A stretch of DNA of 64,000 nucleotides. It comes from Strigamia acuminata (lineage: Eukaryota). Location of the stretch: positions 620,001 through 684,000 of the forward strand of contig OX442314.1 in NCBI GenBank assembly GCA_949358305.1, given 5' to 3'. Made by a program: the position numbers and the translations under genes. Positions 24,070-37,429 of the stretch are shown one piece after another (position 1 is the stretch's first letter; every line of letters begins with the position of its first letter). Under the pieces are notes generated by a model. It saw nothing but the letters and a program-made list of their open reading frames with translations, was not told where the DNA came from and did no database searches.

Positions 24070-25114
24070 TTCTCTGGTCATACCGCTGACGGTTCTCACC
24101 AAGCAATGCATGCGAAGGAAGTTTGGTCAACGTTAAAACCATGGCTATAAGTCAGTCAGTGAATCTGCCAAATATGATAAGAAATAATAGTTTCCCCCTT
24201 ATATATTCCAGCCAAAGTGGTACGTTTTTACAACGTTTTCTGCATATACACACATATGTTTCTTCTCCTTCTGCTTTTCTAGCTAGATAAATCTAGCTTT
24301 ACTGCTTGTCCAGCTAGATGAATCTAGCTTTTCCTCGTCGCGTGCGACAAGCTCGCACAGGCTGTAATCCCACTACGACTCGAGGCCGTAGCAAGAAATA
24401 TCCCGCGACAACTATTGTTTTGTCGCAAGAAAGCGCTCTCTCCACAGGCCGGTGCTCTGTGGCAAGAAATATCGCGTGTCAAACGTCCTTTGACACAAGA
24501 AGTGAGTCCAAAGTTATGTAAAAAATCCACAAACTGTACATTGAGTTTCAGTGTTTCAAGTAAAGTTCCAGTGGTGTGTTTCATACAAGGTTTCAAATTA
24601 GACTGACTTGTGAGGAAAAATCACATTTTTCCTCCTTGAATTTCCTGGTTGGCAGGAAGCATTTCCTGCCACCCATATGCAGTGTCTTGGTTGCCCTGGC
24701 AACTCCAATTTTGCTTGTTCTTTATTTTTTATAGCACATAAAAAATAACTCACATTTCCAGAATTATTTCTGTTATCAAAATAAAACTAAAACAAATCAA
24801 AACAGAACCAATTCTGTCAGGGGAAAATATAACTTTTATTATCAACCCTTTCTGGTGACCACCAAGGTCACCACAATGTGGTCTAACCCCGAATTCAGTT
24901 ACTTCCAATGATATCATTCCGATATTTATTTTAAAAAAAGATATTTATTACAATAAAATAAAATATTCCAAAAATAAAATAAAACATTTCAAAAAATAAA
25001 ATAAATATTCCAGAAAATAAAATGTTTTATTTAAAAAAAAAATTAAATTTTATCCTTTGAGAGATTCTTTTTTAAATCTGTAAATTTGTACAGTGTGAAG
25101 ATACCGCAAACTAA

Positions 25115-25380
25115 TTGAATTCGGAGGTCACGACCTGGTGTAAATCCTGCAAAGTCTGTCAACGGTTTAAATTTCCCAACTTAAATCCTACAGGCTTGCT
25201 GCATCCGGTCAAGGCAGCAAAGTTTGGGAAGAGACTGTACGCGGATCATGTGGGTCGTTTTGTGTCTTCAGCGGAGGGGTTCCTCTACATCATCATAGTC
25301 CTGGAGTCCCTTTCAGGAATGGTTGATTTGATCCCGGTTAAAGATGTTACTGCGAGCACAATGCTGGGTGCCTTCAGACG
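25115..25380 (+). pseudogene. Gypsy integrase remnant
   Basis: EVTTWCKSCKVCQRFK...GLLHPV...LYADHVGRF...YIIIVLESLS is the zinc-finger to catalytic-core junction of LTR integrases; truncated. Confidence 0.7.
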
Positions 25381-26402
25381 GGCTGTTTGCATATCGTATA
25401 TCGTATATCGTAGCCAATTATAAGAGATGCTAGGAAATAAGTTCCTCTTTGCAACAAACATGTCTTGGTATACTTTGTAAACTGATATAACGTTGTCCTA
25501 TTTCCTAATTGGCTGAGCCGTATTACGCCTAACTGTGGACTGTGCTCTACTTTGTGGAAAAGTAGTTCTGTTTTTTTTTTCAATGAATTTCAGTGTAAAA
25601 ATTGATTAGAATGATGGATTTTATTTATATGGTAATAAAATATTTATTTTATTTGCTAAAATAAGTTTTTTTTCCTTTTAATCAATCAAACGGTTTGTTG
25701 GTTTCTTTTGGCAGGTAATCAAAGGTTTAGTTATTTATTGGTTGTTTTGCCTAGTTAGATTACAATTCTGGTGTTATGGGCTACTTATTTGTGCCATTAC
25801 ACCAGTGATACGGCTGGAATTAGGGCAACGTTATGTAGGTTCTGAGTATAGAGTGCTCTAACGTAATCGGAGGCCTGTTTTCTTTTTCCTTTCCTCTCCC
25901 AATCTTTTTTTTATTTTATTTTATCGAATTGAACTCCTCAGGATCTATATTTCCTATAGGAACACGTTCACGGCGAATTTATATTGGCCGACTGAGGTTG
26001 GTTTGTTGCGGCCAACAGATTCAAACTCCGTCCAAATAAAAATTTTTAAAAAATCTTAATTTCCATAATAAAAAATGTTTCATTCTTTTAGTATATGCAA
26101 TTACAACTATTTTTTATTTGCAAAGATTTTTTTATTAGGAATTATGGTTCTTTATTTATTTATTTCTTTTTTTCTCTCTCCTTTCGTCTCCCAATCCTTT
26201 TTTTTATTTTATTTTACTTTATCGAATTGAACTCCTCAGGATCTTTATTGTAAGAATATGTCATTCAATAAAACCCACGTTGGACCTGTAAAAACTAAAA
26301 AGATGAAATTATTAAAAGACAAGAAAGATAATCAATTGCTATGCTTCTATAAACTATTTTATTTCAGTCTGAGGGATGTACAGATTCTTTAAAACATTGC
26401 AA

Positions 26403-29400
26403 TTAAAATTCTCTGAATCTTTGAGAGGTACTTCTATGAGCTTCGTTACATTTGCAAGTGTCGTAGGCACCTTCCTTCTTGAATTTGTAATACAGTTCGT
26501 GTCCTTGGGAACGATGGTGTCTGCGGGTGTGATGTCGTGGCCGTTCAAAATGTCCAACTTCCAGTCTTCCAGGATGTTTGGCATAATTTCTTTTGGCATT
26601 ATTATAATCTCTTGTTATGCTGTCAAATTGACGTCTGTAATCAGGTCTCCTTCGGTACTCTGGTCTCAAAACAATTTTTGGTTCAAAAACTAGCTCAGGT
26701 CGCAGTCGATACTCGGGTTCATCACTCGGTTCTTCAGTTGGTTCTTCAACATCCGTTTCCTTGTATTCTGGGAACGAATGGACTTTTGTAGCAGCACAAA
26801 GTTTAGCAAAATCCAGTACAGTAGAGCTGGCTTGAATGACAACAGGAATTTCCAGGGTTGTTCCATCTTTTTCCTTGTTTTCTTTGAAAGTCAAATCTCG
26901 ATAAGTAGCAAAGAGAACGAGCAATTGAAGTTCTTCAGGTGTCAGTTGGAAACTTCTTGGCTTGTCATTGTGAATCGTTACTTCCACTTCGTAAGCACCT
27001 TCATCATGCTTTATCACAATGTTAAAAAGCTTGGAAATTCGCACTTTTTTGACGAAATCAAAAAATTCAGGCTTAATGTGAGAGAAAACTGGATGCAAGC
27101 TATCTTTCCTGATAACCATAGTCACAGAATTGTCCTCATCTATATAAAAGTTATACGGGAATTCCGGTCTACTGAACATAGCCACAAACAGCTGAGTAAT
27201 AATAGGTGAAAGATTTTCAATTATCAGCTTATTCGGTCCATTTGAAATTACAAGGTTGATTTCATTATCTGGGTTTCGGGTAATCGAAAGTTCCACATTA
27301 GGACTATGCCGTGCTATCTGTGAAGTCTTCAAGAAGGCTGGATGCACATTTCTAAAAACCAGATTTGGTCTGTGTGCAGTAATTTCTACAGTAGCTTTGC
27401 CATCCCTTTCATTCAAAATTCTTGTGTGTAACTTAGGCTGAGAAAGCAGGATACTTGCTAATTGAACAGTGGTAGGCGACTGATGAGGAAACTTTTTACC
27501 ATTGAGATCAAAGGTGTAAGAATCAGGATTTGTCGAATGCGGCTTTTTCTTATCCAACACAATGGAAAATGTATCCTTGGGAGTTGGTTTGTGCTTGGTC
27601 AGAAAGTTTAATACTTCTGGGCTTACATCGTGTAAAATGTTGTGAGAAACTCTTTTCGGTGCAGTTACAATTAAATGTCCATCTTCGTCAACGGCCGACT
27701 TCAGTGGAAGACTTGGTTCAGTGTACAAGCGGACGAGAAAGTTAAGGAATAAGGGTTTGATATTGTCCTCAGAGAGTGGATTTGAGCGGTCATAAAGGTC
27801 ATCAAACACAACCTTGTAGGTGTTTGGTCTGCTACCTGGTGAAACAATGACAGAGTTGAGTTTTGGGTTTCGGAAGTCCCGAATCAACAATAGATCTTTC
27901 GGAGTAATTGGCACATCAAATGTTGGTACGTCATCTCTGGATGGTCTGACTGTTAACTTTCCATTAGGTTGTGGTTGGACGCGATACTCCGTGGTTGGTG
28001 CATTAACCAATTCCACGATTAATTGAACAATCTTGGGTTCTAGATGTTTAAAATGTTTAATTGGTTTGTTTTGCTCTTGGAATATTACGTCATAGTGGTC
28101 TGGAATCTCAGAACTGGTCACGACCACTTCAAGATTTGGATGAAAGCGATGTTTGTCAACAAATTTAAGCAAATCCTTGGATACATTTGGAACTATTAAC
28201 TCTTTTGGTCGAACTGGAATACTCAGGACATGTCTTCCATCTCTGCCAGTATAAATATGGAATGGAAGTTTTGGTTCAGTGAGTAACTTAGTGGCAAGGT
28301 TAACAATATTAGGAGCGACACGAGGATATGACTCTCTGTCTGGACCATGACCAACTACAACTGTGGGTTGATTTTTTCTGTCACGCTTAATAGTGACATC
28401 TGTGTGCGGATGTCGTTTAATGTGATGGATCAAATCCACATCATCTTTGTTAACTACAGCTGTCGTAGTTTTAGGCAGGTCTTCGGGCACATTACCATAG
28501 ATTTGATTGTCACTTGTTGGCTTCAATTGTATGTTTCTGTGAGGATTTTTATACAATTTTATAACAACCGGCAATACCCTTTTAGGAATATTTGGATAGA
28601 CATGCTCTTTTTTACCATCTTTGACAATGACAGTGAAAGCTCCATCTTTTTGTGGTTTGATATTAAGCTTAACATCCTTTGGAGAATGGAGAAGTTTTAT
28701 CAATTCCAGAACATCCGGAGTTATTTGCACATTATCTTCTTTGACATTTGATTTTGGTACCGTGATGTAAAAGTTACCTTTCGGTGTTGGTTTAACAGTG
28801 AAAGAAACATCTGGATGACTCTTCAAATCTATGATCAAGTCTAACGTCTCTTGGTTGACATGAGGATAAGTCTTTGGCTTCTTATGTGGTTCTTTGGTTT
28901 CAATATCAAAGGTGTGGTCTGGTCCTGGCTTGACGTTGATTTCTGTATCTGGATTTTGTTTAATATCTCTAATGATATCTAGAACATTAGGCTTCACTTC
29001 ATAGCGATGGCTGTTGCTACTTGGTTCAGTTGGAACAAATTCGATTGTGTCATCTTTGCCCGGTTTGATTTCATATTCTACAGTTGGTTCACTGTATAAT
29101 TTGGTGATAACTGGAATCAATTCGGGACTAATATGCTTGTACTCTTTTTCTGGTTTTTTACCATTTTGTACAACAACGGTAAAAGTTCCTGGTTTATCTG
29201 GTTTGAATGAAACTTTCGGTTGTGGTTTTTGTTTGATGTTCTTTATTAAATCGATGATCTCTGGAGTTAGTTTTGTATGAACAGGTTGCGATTGGTGTTT
29301 TGGTACGACCAATTGAATCTTTCCACGCTTGTCTGACTTTACTCTGAATTGTACGTGTGGAGTTGTTTTCAGCTTGCTGATCAAATTCAAGACATTTGGA

Positions 29401-32400
29401 TGCACATGCTTCAAGGTGTGAGGTTTGCTTCCATCTTTCGGTTTGATTGTTACTGTAAAAGTACCTTCATTGTCTGGCTTAATTTCAATCTCAGTATCTG
29501 GTTGATGTCTTACAATTTCCAAAGGTTTCAGATAATCGATATTTATATCAATATTTTCAACATCTGGTTTTTTCTTATTTGGAACATTAATGTTTACCTT
29601 CTTCGGATCATCTGAAGGGGTAATTTCAAAAGGCAAATCCTTTTGATTCCTAATAGTAATTAACTTATTCAGTAATTCAGGAGTAATATCTGGATAGGTT
29701 TTGGTATCTTGACCATCACTGACAGTAATTTTGAAATTTGGACCGTCTGGAGCAATGGAAATGGATAATTGAGGAGCTGATTTGATTGTCTGGACAAGTG
29801 CCAATTGATTCTTTGGTATTGAAATAATGGGATCGTTTGAAGTCTTTCCAGGTGAAATAACATGAATAACATCCTTGGGCTTATGTTCTTTTCTGTGTGG
29901 TTCTTTATGTCCAGGTTTTTCATGGTGTGGTTCTTTATGTCCAGGTTTTTCATGGTGTGGTTCTTTATGTCCAGGTTTTTCATGGTGTGGTTCTTTATGT
30001 CCAGGTTTTTCATGGTGTGGTTCTTTATGTCCAGGTTTTTCATGGTGTGGTTCTTTATGTCCAGGTTTTTCATGATGCGGTTCTTTGTGTCCAGGTTTTT
30101 CATGGTGTGGTTCTTTATGTCCAGATTTTTCATGATGCGGTTCTTTATGTCCAGGTTTTTCATGATGCGGTTCTTTATGTCCGGGTTTTTCATAGTGTGG
30201 TTCTTTTTGTCCAGGTTTTTCTTTAACAATGTGAATCGGCAATTTTGGATTTTTGGTTACTTTTATCAGAAACTTGATAGCTTCAGGGGATTGGTCTTTC
30301 AACTTCTTTGGTTTTCCATTAATGAAGACAATAATGTTAGATTTTCCATTTTTAGAAGGTTCCACTTTGTACTTGATGTTTGACTTTGGATTCTTTTTTA
30401 TCTCTTCGATCAAATCAGTGAACTCAAGGTCTACTGTTATCGGTGTGTTTGTTTCATCGTCCGTCACAACAAAAGTTGGTTCCTCATGTTTAGGTTCTTC
30501 TTTGACAATGTGAATCGGCAACTTTGGATTTTTTGTTACTTTTATCAGAAACTTGATAGCTTCAGGGGTTTGGTCTTTCAAAATCTTCGGTTTTCCATTA
30601 ATGTAGACAATAATATTAGATTTTCCGTTTTTAGAAGGTTCCACCTTATACTTGATGTTTGACTTTGGATTCTTTTTTATCTCTTCGATCAAATCAGTGA
30701 ACTCAAGGTCTACTGTTATCGGTGTGTTTGTTTCATCGTCCGTCACAACAAAAGTTGGTTCCTCATGTTTAGGTTCTTCTTTGACAATGTGAATAGGCAA
30801 ATTTGGATTTTTTGTTACTTTGATCAGAAAGTTGATAGCTTCAGGGGATTGGTCTTTCAACTTATTTGGTTTTCCATTAATGTAGACAATAATGTTGGAT
30901 TTTCCGTTTTTAGAAGGTTCCACCTTGTACTTGATGTTTGACTTTGGATTCTTCTTTATCTCTTCGATCAAATCAGTGAACTCAACGTCGACTTCAATCA
31001 ATGAGTTTGTTTCTTCATCCGCCACAATAAAAGTAGTTTGATCTTGTTCTGGTTTAGGTTTTTCTTTGGTGACATGAATTGGTAGTTTTGGATTTTTTGT
31101 TACTTTCATCAGAAACTTTACAGCTTCAGGAGATTGGTCTTTCAACTCTTTTGGTTTTCCATCGATGAAGACAATAACATTGAATTTTCCATTTTTGGAA
31201 GGTTCAACCTTGAACTTGAAGTTTGATGTCGGATTCTTCTTGATTTCTTCAATCAAATCAGTGAACTCGACGTCTACTTGGATTGGTGTTTGTGTTTCTT
31301 CGTCCGACAGAATAAAAGTTGTTTGGCCATTATGCTTGACTGTTTTTGGAGTCCTAAGCGATTGAAGCAATTGAACAATAATGTTTAAGAATTTAGCTGG
31401 TAATGGATATTTTTTTGTTTTGCCATTGTGAGTGATGACAAGCTCCAAACCATTTTTCCCAGAGCCAATTCTCAAGTTGTATGATGGATCACTCTTAGCC
31501 TTGGTTATTAATTCTAAAAATTTATCAGAATCAATGGTACCAATGTTGAGGTCCTCAGGTTGCTCTTCAAGTGTAATCGTAAATTGTCCAGTAGCTGATG
31601 CTGGTGAAAGCTTAAATTGCAAATCAGGATTCTTAATAAGTTTAATAAAAACAAAAAGCAAATTTGGATCAATGTGCTTGTATGTTTTAGATCCTTTCGT
31701 CCCTTCATGGATGGTCAACTCATATTTGCCATCGGTTCCTGGTTGAATTTGAATTCTATTTTCTGGATGTTCTCGTACTTGTTTCAGCAATGTCAAAAAC
31801 AGTGGTTTTACTGTAAATGTTGTTTGCGCTGCACTATTGTCAGGAATAAACAAATAAGATTTATCTCCTGATTTGCCTAAAATTTCATATGGCAATGAGG
31901 GATTCTTAACCAATCGAATAAAAGCATCACCAATTTTAGCTGGCACATCAGAATAGATTTTCTTTTTCCCATTTGAGTCGTCAGTCACAGTTATTGTGTA
32001 CGTATCACCTGATGTTGCTATTTGAATTGAATAGCCTCCTTTCCTAATCTTTTTTACGACCTCTAAGAATTCGGGCTTCACTGTAATAATATTTGATGGT
32101 TTTGGCGGTTCAGGAGATACAGCAATTTTTACGTTGGAACCCTCTTTTCCTACTTCCTGGATTTGCAAAGTTGGATTCTTGAGTAATTTTACAAACAAGG
32201 ATAAAATGTCTCTAGGTATTTTGTTGTAGGTTTTTGTTCCTTTGTCAGTCGTTAAGGTTACCGTCAACAAGCCATCGTCTTCTGGCTGATATTTGATTTT
32301 AACCGCTTTAGTTGATTTCCGGACTTGCCTGATCAGTTCAACGAATTGTGGTTTAACGATGTAGTACTCAATCCCTTTTCCAATTGTCCCCGTATTGAGG

Positions 32401-33670
32401 TCGTCAGGTTGATCCACAACAGTCACAGTAAATTCTCCATTAGCAGCTGGTGAGACTTTATATTGCAAATTAGGATTCTTAATGAGTTCGACAAAAGAGA
32501 AAAGTAGGTTTGGGTCTATGTGCTTGTAGGTTTTGGACTGTTTCTTTCCATCTTGAACGGTCAACTCATATTTACCATCGGTTCCGGGTTGAATACTTAT
32601 GTGATTGCTCGGATGATTTCGTACCTGTTTTAGCAATGTCAAAAACAGCGATTTAACTGTTATTGTTGTTTTCTTTCCACTGAAGTTGGGAATAAACAAT
32701 ACATCTTCGTCTCCTGATTTGCCTATAACTTGGTACTGCAATGAAGGATCTTTGAGCAATCGAATAAAAGCTTCGCCAGTATTTGCCGGTAGATCAGCAT
32801 ATGTTTCCTTTTTCCCGCTTGACTTATTAGTCACAGTTATTGTGTACTTGTTGCCTTTTGTTGATATTTGAATTGAATAACCTCCTTTTCTTATTCTATT
32901 GACTGCATCTAAAAGTTGGGGTTTTATTTTAAAAATATTTGTTGGTTTTGGTGGTTCAGGAGAAACAGCAATTTTTACTTTTGACCCAACTTTTCCGACT
33001 TCTTTGATTTGCAATCTTGGATTTTTAAGTAATTTGGCAAACAAGTCAAACGTGGCTTTTGATATTTTGTCATATGTTTTTGTTCCTTTGTCAGTGGTTA
33101 CTATCAGTTTGTAGAGGCCATCTTGATGTCTTTGAGCTTGGACCTTAACGGCTTTAGTTGAGGCTCTAACTTCTTGAATCAGTTGAACAAATTGCAGATC
33201 AACAGTGAAATATTCAACACTTTGACTGGAAGATGATCTACTAGAAGTTCCACCAGAAGATGATCCACCAGAAGATGATTCACTCGAAGATGATCCACTG
33301 GAAGAAGATCCACTCCAAGACGTTCCACCAGAAGACGTACCACCAGAAGACGATGAAGTGGAATATGTTCGACTATGAGTTGTGGTTGCTGAAGGAATTC
33401 GATGTTGTACATGGCCTACTACATGGTGCAAAGCCTTATTTACGTCATTGAAGTGTTTTGGAATCAAGTTGTATGATGATATCAATCCAATAACTGAAAT
33501 AAATGTATGAATCATGATTTATTATTATTTCAAAGTATTTTTCTATTAAGGTTACAGTGACTAGAACGTCAAACAAGAAGTTTTTTCTGTTTCAATCTGA
33601 AATATTTACCTGAAAGCTGCAAAACCACGAACAGCCAAGTATGTCTCTCTCTTCGGAGAAACATCTTCAT
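26403..33670 (-). CDS. Unrecognised giant secreted tandem-domain protein, copy 2 (about 2,383 aa); exons 33670-33610 and 33493-26403
   Basis: Same structure as copy 1 shifted by 15,007 bp; intact ORF; I spotted about nine coding differences by eye. Confidence 0.9.
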
Positions 33671-34711
33671 TCGTCTAATGGATTGAAGAGTGAAGTTTCA
33701 ATGTGAGATTGTGAGCTTATATAGTGATCAAAGAAAAAACAATCAACTGAACATCTGTAGCTAATTGCCTCACATAATAGAATTTAGCTATTATTGCCTA
33801 TATACTATCAAATGAAAAACACTTCTAAGCAATTCTTAACACCTGCACTCTTTACTGAATGTAATTAGAAGACTTTTAATGTTGAAAACAATTGTTATTA
33901 GTTTTTGTTTTTCATTCCTAGTGCAGGTTTAATTGAAGTGTACCTTTTACCAAGCCGTCAACTGAAGCAAAAACCTTTAACGTGAATAATAATTGTGTGA
34001 TAAATATTTATCAGCCTGATTTTTATAAGCTATTACTGGGCTGCATTGTCTATATTTGAAAACTTGCTTTTTATTATACTGTACTAATTGTAAAAAAACA
34101 AAATGGCAGTTCTTTGCTGTGTGAATGAGATGAAAGAGATCCTCGATTAAAAACCAACAATCAATCCAACATCACAACCGACTTTTATTTGGTTTTGCAT
34201 TAACTCCTGTTTAAAAATTTCTCTGAAATTTCTGTCTAATTCTTGCTGCGATCATATTAACCGCACACCATCTAGGAGGTGGAAATTGTGTTCACAATCA
34301 CGATAACATTTACAGTTGCAACGAGCATCGATACATCCGAATTAGATTTTGGATTGTATGACATGTTTAGCCAAGATTGAGTTGTCTAAAAACAAGAGAA
34401 GTTCCTGGAAACTTCAAACAAGCATGAGAACCAACTGTTTGTAGTATTTAAACACTACCCCACATTTGTATGTGAATAATTCTACTATTCGGGTATTTCA
34501 ATAATCGTAGGCTCATATGTATAGTAGAAGTGCCAAATGTGTGCGCAAAGGGCTGAATAATGAGTTTAAAAGTTAGGAATTAGGTCTGCGCTTAGATTCC
34601 AAACTTCAAATTGACTATGCACAAGAACTATGCAGGTCTTTGACCCCTCTTTAATCACCACACCTAATTTCAGAACGGCACATCTTTAGATAAAGAAGTT
34701 ACAGTGATTGC

Positions 34712-35280
34712 CAGTGTTTCATTCGTTATCGTTACTGTCACTAATGCGTTATATTTTGCCGCAAACGTAACGTTACGGTAATTCGTTACTGTTTTAGCAG
34801 TAACGGACTCTTATTGTAGATCCCATTACTATAATAATTTGCATATTTGCCATGTATATCCCAGAAATAGCATTTTTGGCCAAAAAAAAGGTTTTTGTTA
34901 TTTTTTAAAAACATATGGCCGTTACTCAAATACGAATTGCAGAATCATGATCTACAGGTGTTTTTACTTGAGAATGAATATAGTTTAAATACATTTGTCA
35001 ATTGTAAAAAATTTTAATTTTTGAGGATGAACAATTGCAGGCAACATTTCAACTCTGGGTATCATTGGTTCTATGAAAGTTACAAAGATCAAAATTGGCT
35101 TGTTTTAGAGTAGACTTCAGGCTCTTTCAAAGACAGTTTATTTGATCTCTGTATCGATTGTAGTTGTCAAGATAATTCCATCATTGGAACCTCATCCTAT
35201 TTGAACACTTATTTAGCTAAATAACTACTGTATAACGTAACTGCGGTAGTTATCAATTTGCAGTAACGCGTGCAACCTTG
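34712..35280. mobile_element. hAT-like MITE with GTAACG/CGTTAC subterminal motifs
   Basis: Ends cagtgtttca / tgcaaccttg; 8-bp flanks gtgattgc / ctgattgc. Confidence 0.55.
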
Positions 35281-36400
35281 CTGATTGCCACATTTGTAAT
35301 TATTTCAGAGAGAAATGCTGGCTCGTTGATTATGTTATTGACTTTTTGGGTGAAGAAATGAAAAACGAACAAATGGCATTTCTCAACCATTTGTTGTGCA
35401 ATTAAAGGCATTTCTGAGATTGTTGTTTCTGCCGTTCAGAAATTTAATTTTCGGATCGAAATAGAAAATAAATTAATTTAAAAATCAATCCTTATTTGGA
35501 AAACCTTTTGAATTTTTTTTAGAAATTTAGTTGGAGTAGGCGCTTTCATGAAGCAATTTAAACTTGTCTACATATTTTAAACCAGTCTAAATGAAGAATT
35601 TGCGAGAAAGCCAGAAGCAATTTGCTCGTTGCCCAATGAGAATTAGTGGATTCTCTGGGCAGGAAATAAAATGTAATATTGTGACCGAGTGCCGGTGACT
35701 ACAACACCCACATCCAACTGGCCTAGTCCAACTCCATCCCTCCAGGTGGAGTTTATGGTTGCAAGCAATGACCAATGACACCATCACATGATGTTCAGTA
35801 ATCACCCAACAACCAATAGGAAAGGTACCGTAAGCTGATAAGCTGCAAGAATGGACTATAAAAGGCCTAACATCCTGTTTGAAGTCAGAGGTGTGTAGGT
35901 GTGTAGGAACAGCTATGGTTCACATCTTGCTATTCTCCACTCGTTAGCGATGCAAAAGTTTAGAGAATGTGCCGGTAAGCCATTCCCAGTGCCGTAAGTA
36001 ACCCATGGGCACTAACGGTTAACCGACCGCACTGTGTGCAGTGTTTGGTCACAGACATGCTGCAGCAATGCAATGGAATGCTCTATAATATTCTCATTCT
36101 TGTACGATCTAATTATACTACAATTGCAAATAAATGTTGGCTTGTCTAATTGAATTGAATTTAAAGTTAATGAAACCCCTTAATTCAAATATAAATGTCT
36201 AAAGGAGCAAGAAAATGTACAAAAAACGACATTTGGACTTGGCGTCGACTATTTGGATGCTTAGGCTGTACTGGGAAGCTGACCAACTCAATATGTGTGA
36301 AATTAAATATTTTAGGTGTTTTTATAATTATAAATAGGGGGTTGATAAATACAACCCAATAAAAATGAGCGCGAGTTGGGTGAGTAAGGTTACGAATGAT

Positions 36401-36867
36401 GGGTACCCGTTCCAACGGCGAATCACCTAATGGCGAATTTTGAAAATTCGCCATTGGAAAGGTATTTTGACTTTCCAATGGCGAATCTGGGCAAATTCGC
36501 CATTGGAAACGTGTGTATTGAAATTCGCCATTGGAAACGTTATTTGCGTTTCCAATGGCGAATCTGTGGGAGTCATCTACCGCGACTCCCAATTCCTAAG
36601 AAGGGCTTGACCCCCCGCGAACCTAACCTTACTGGTTATTTGATCCAAACCCATTTTTTTGCGTCGGCTTGTCGCGGCAGATTCACGTTGCGCTCCTGTG
36701 GCTGATTTCTACCAATTCGCCATTAGAAAGGTCCAAATACGTTCCCAATGGCGAATTGGGAGAAATTTGCCATTGGGACTGCTTTTGGACGGAATAAGGT
36801 CAAAATTCGCCATTCGTCCGAATGGCCAGATTCGCCCTTAGACGATTCGCCGTTGGAACGGCACCCC
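36401..36867. mobile_element. MITE with ATTCGCCATT repeats and 8-bp TSD
   Basis: TIR ccgttccaacggcgaatc / gattcgccgttggaacgg; CGAATGAT at 36393-36400 and 36868-36875. Confidence 0.8.
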
Positions 36868-37429
36868 CGAATGATGTCTGAGATGGAAGAGAGATCGTTC
36901 AGGAGAAGGAGATTATCCATGTTTAGAATGTTTAACTTGTTGCAATGTGAATTGTCCTTGCAAACTTTCACATTTACTGCTCCGACCAATGGTGGATTCT
37001 CGGCTAATCCGTAACGTTGTAATTTTAGTTGAATAAATATTGAAAACGTGAAAAAATAAAGAGGAAAAACTAATTTAAAATTTATACTGCATCTTTATTG
37101 AATGAGTAAAACGAACATTCCTTTTGAAGAATAAAATTCTACACAATTTGTCTGTATATTTGAATAAACTATATAGGAATAAAAGTAAAGATAATAATAA
37201 TGTTAATAGGTAATAAAAATGTAAAATATCGTCGTCATTCATTTCTGTACAAACTACGATTCAGAAAAATGGAGAAAAAGAGACTACAGAAAATAAACAA
37301 CATTTGATTTACACATCATCACGATTAATTGATTAATTAATTATTTAAGAATTAGCACCGATTGATTAATTCTGAGACTCGATATGTGATTTTTGTTTAA
37401 AAATATTAATTCATTCATGAATGGAATAA

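Noticed and set aside
11396..33670. Giant ORFs as viral, transposon or bacterial-contaminant genes
   Set aside because: No RT, integrase, transposase or capsid motifs; they have a spliceosomal intron, TATA/Inr and AATAAA. Distant horizontal origin of the domain cannot be excluded without a search.
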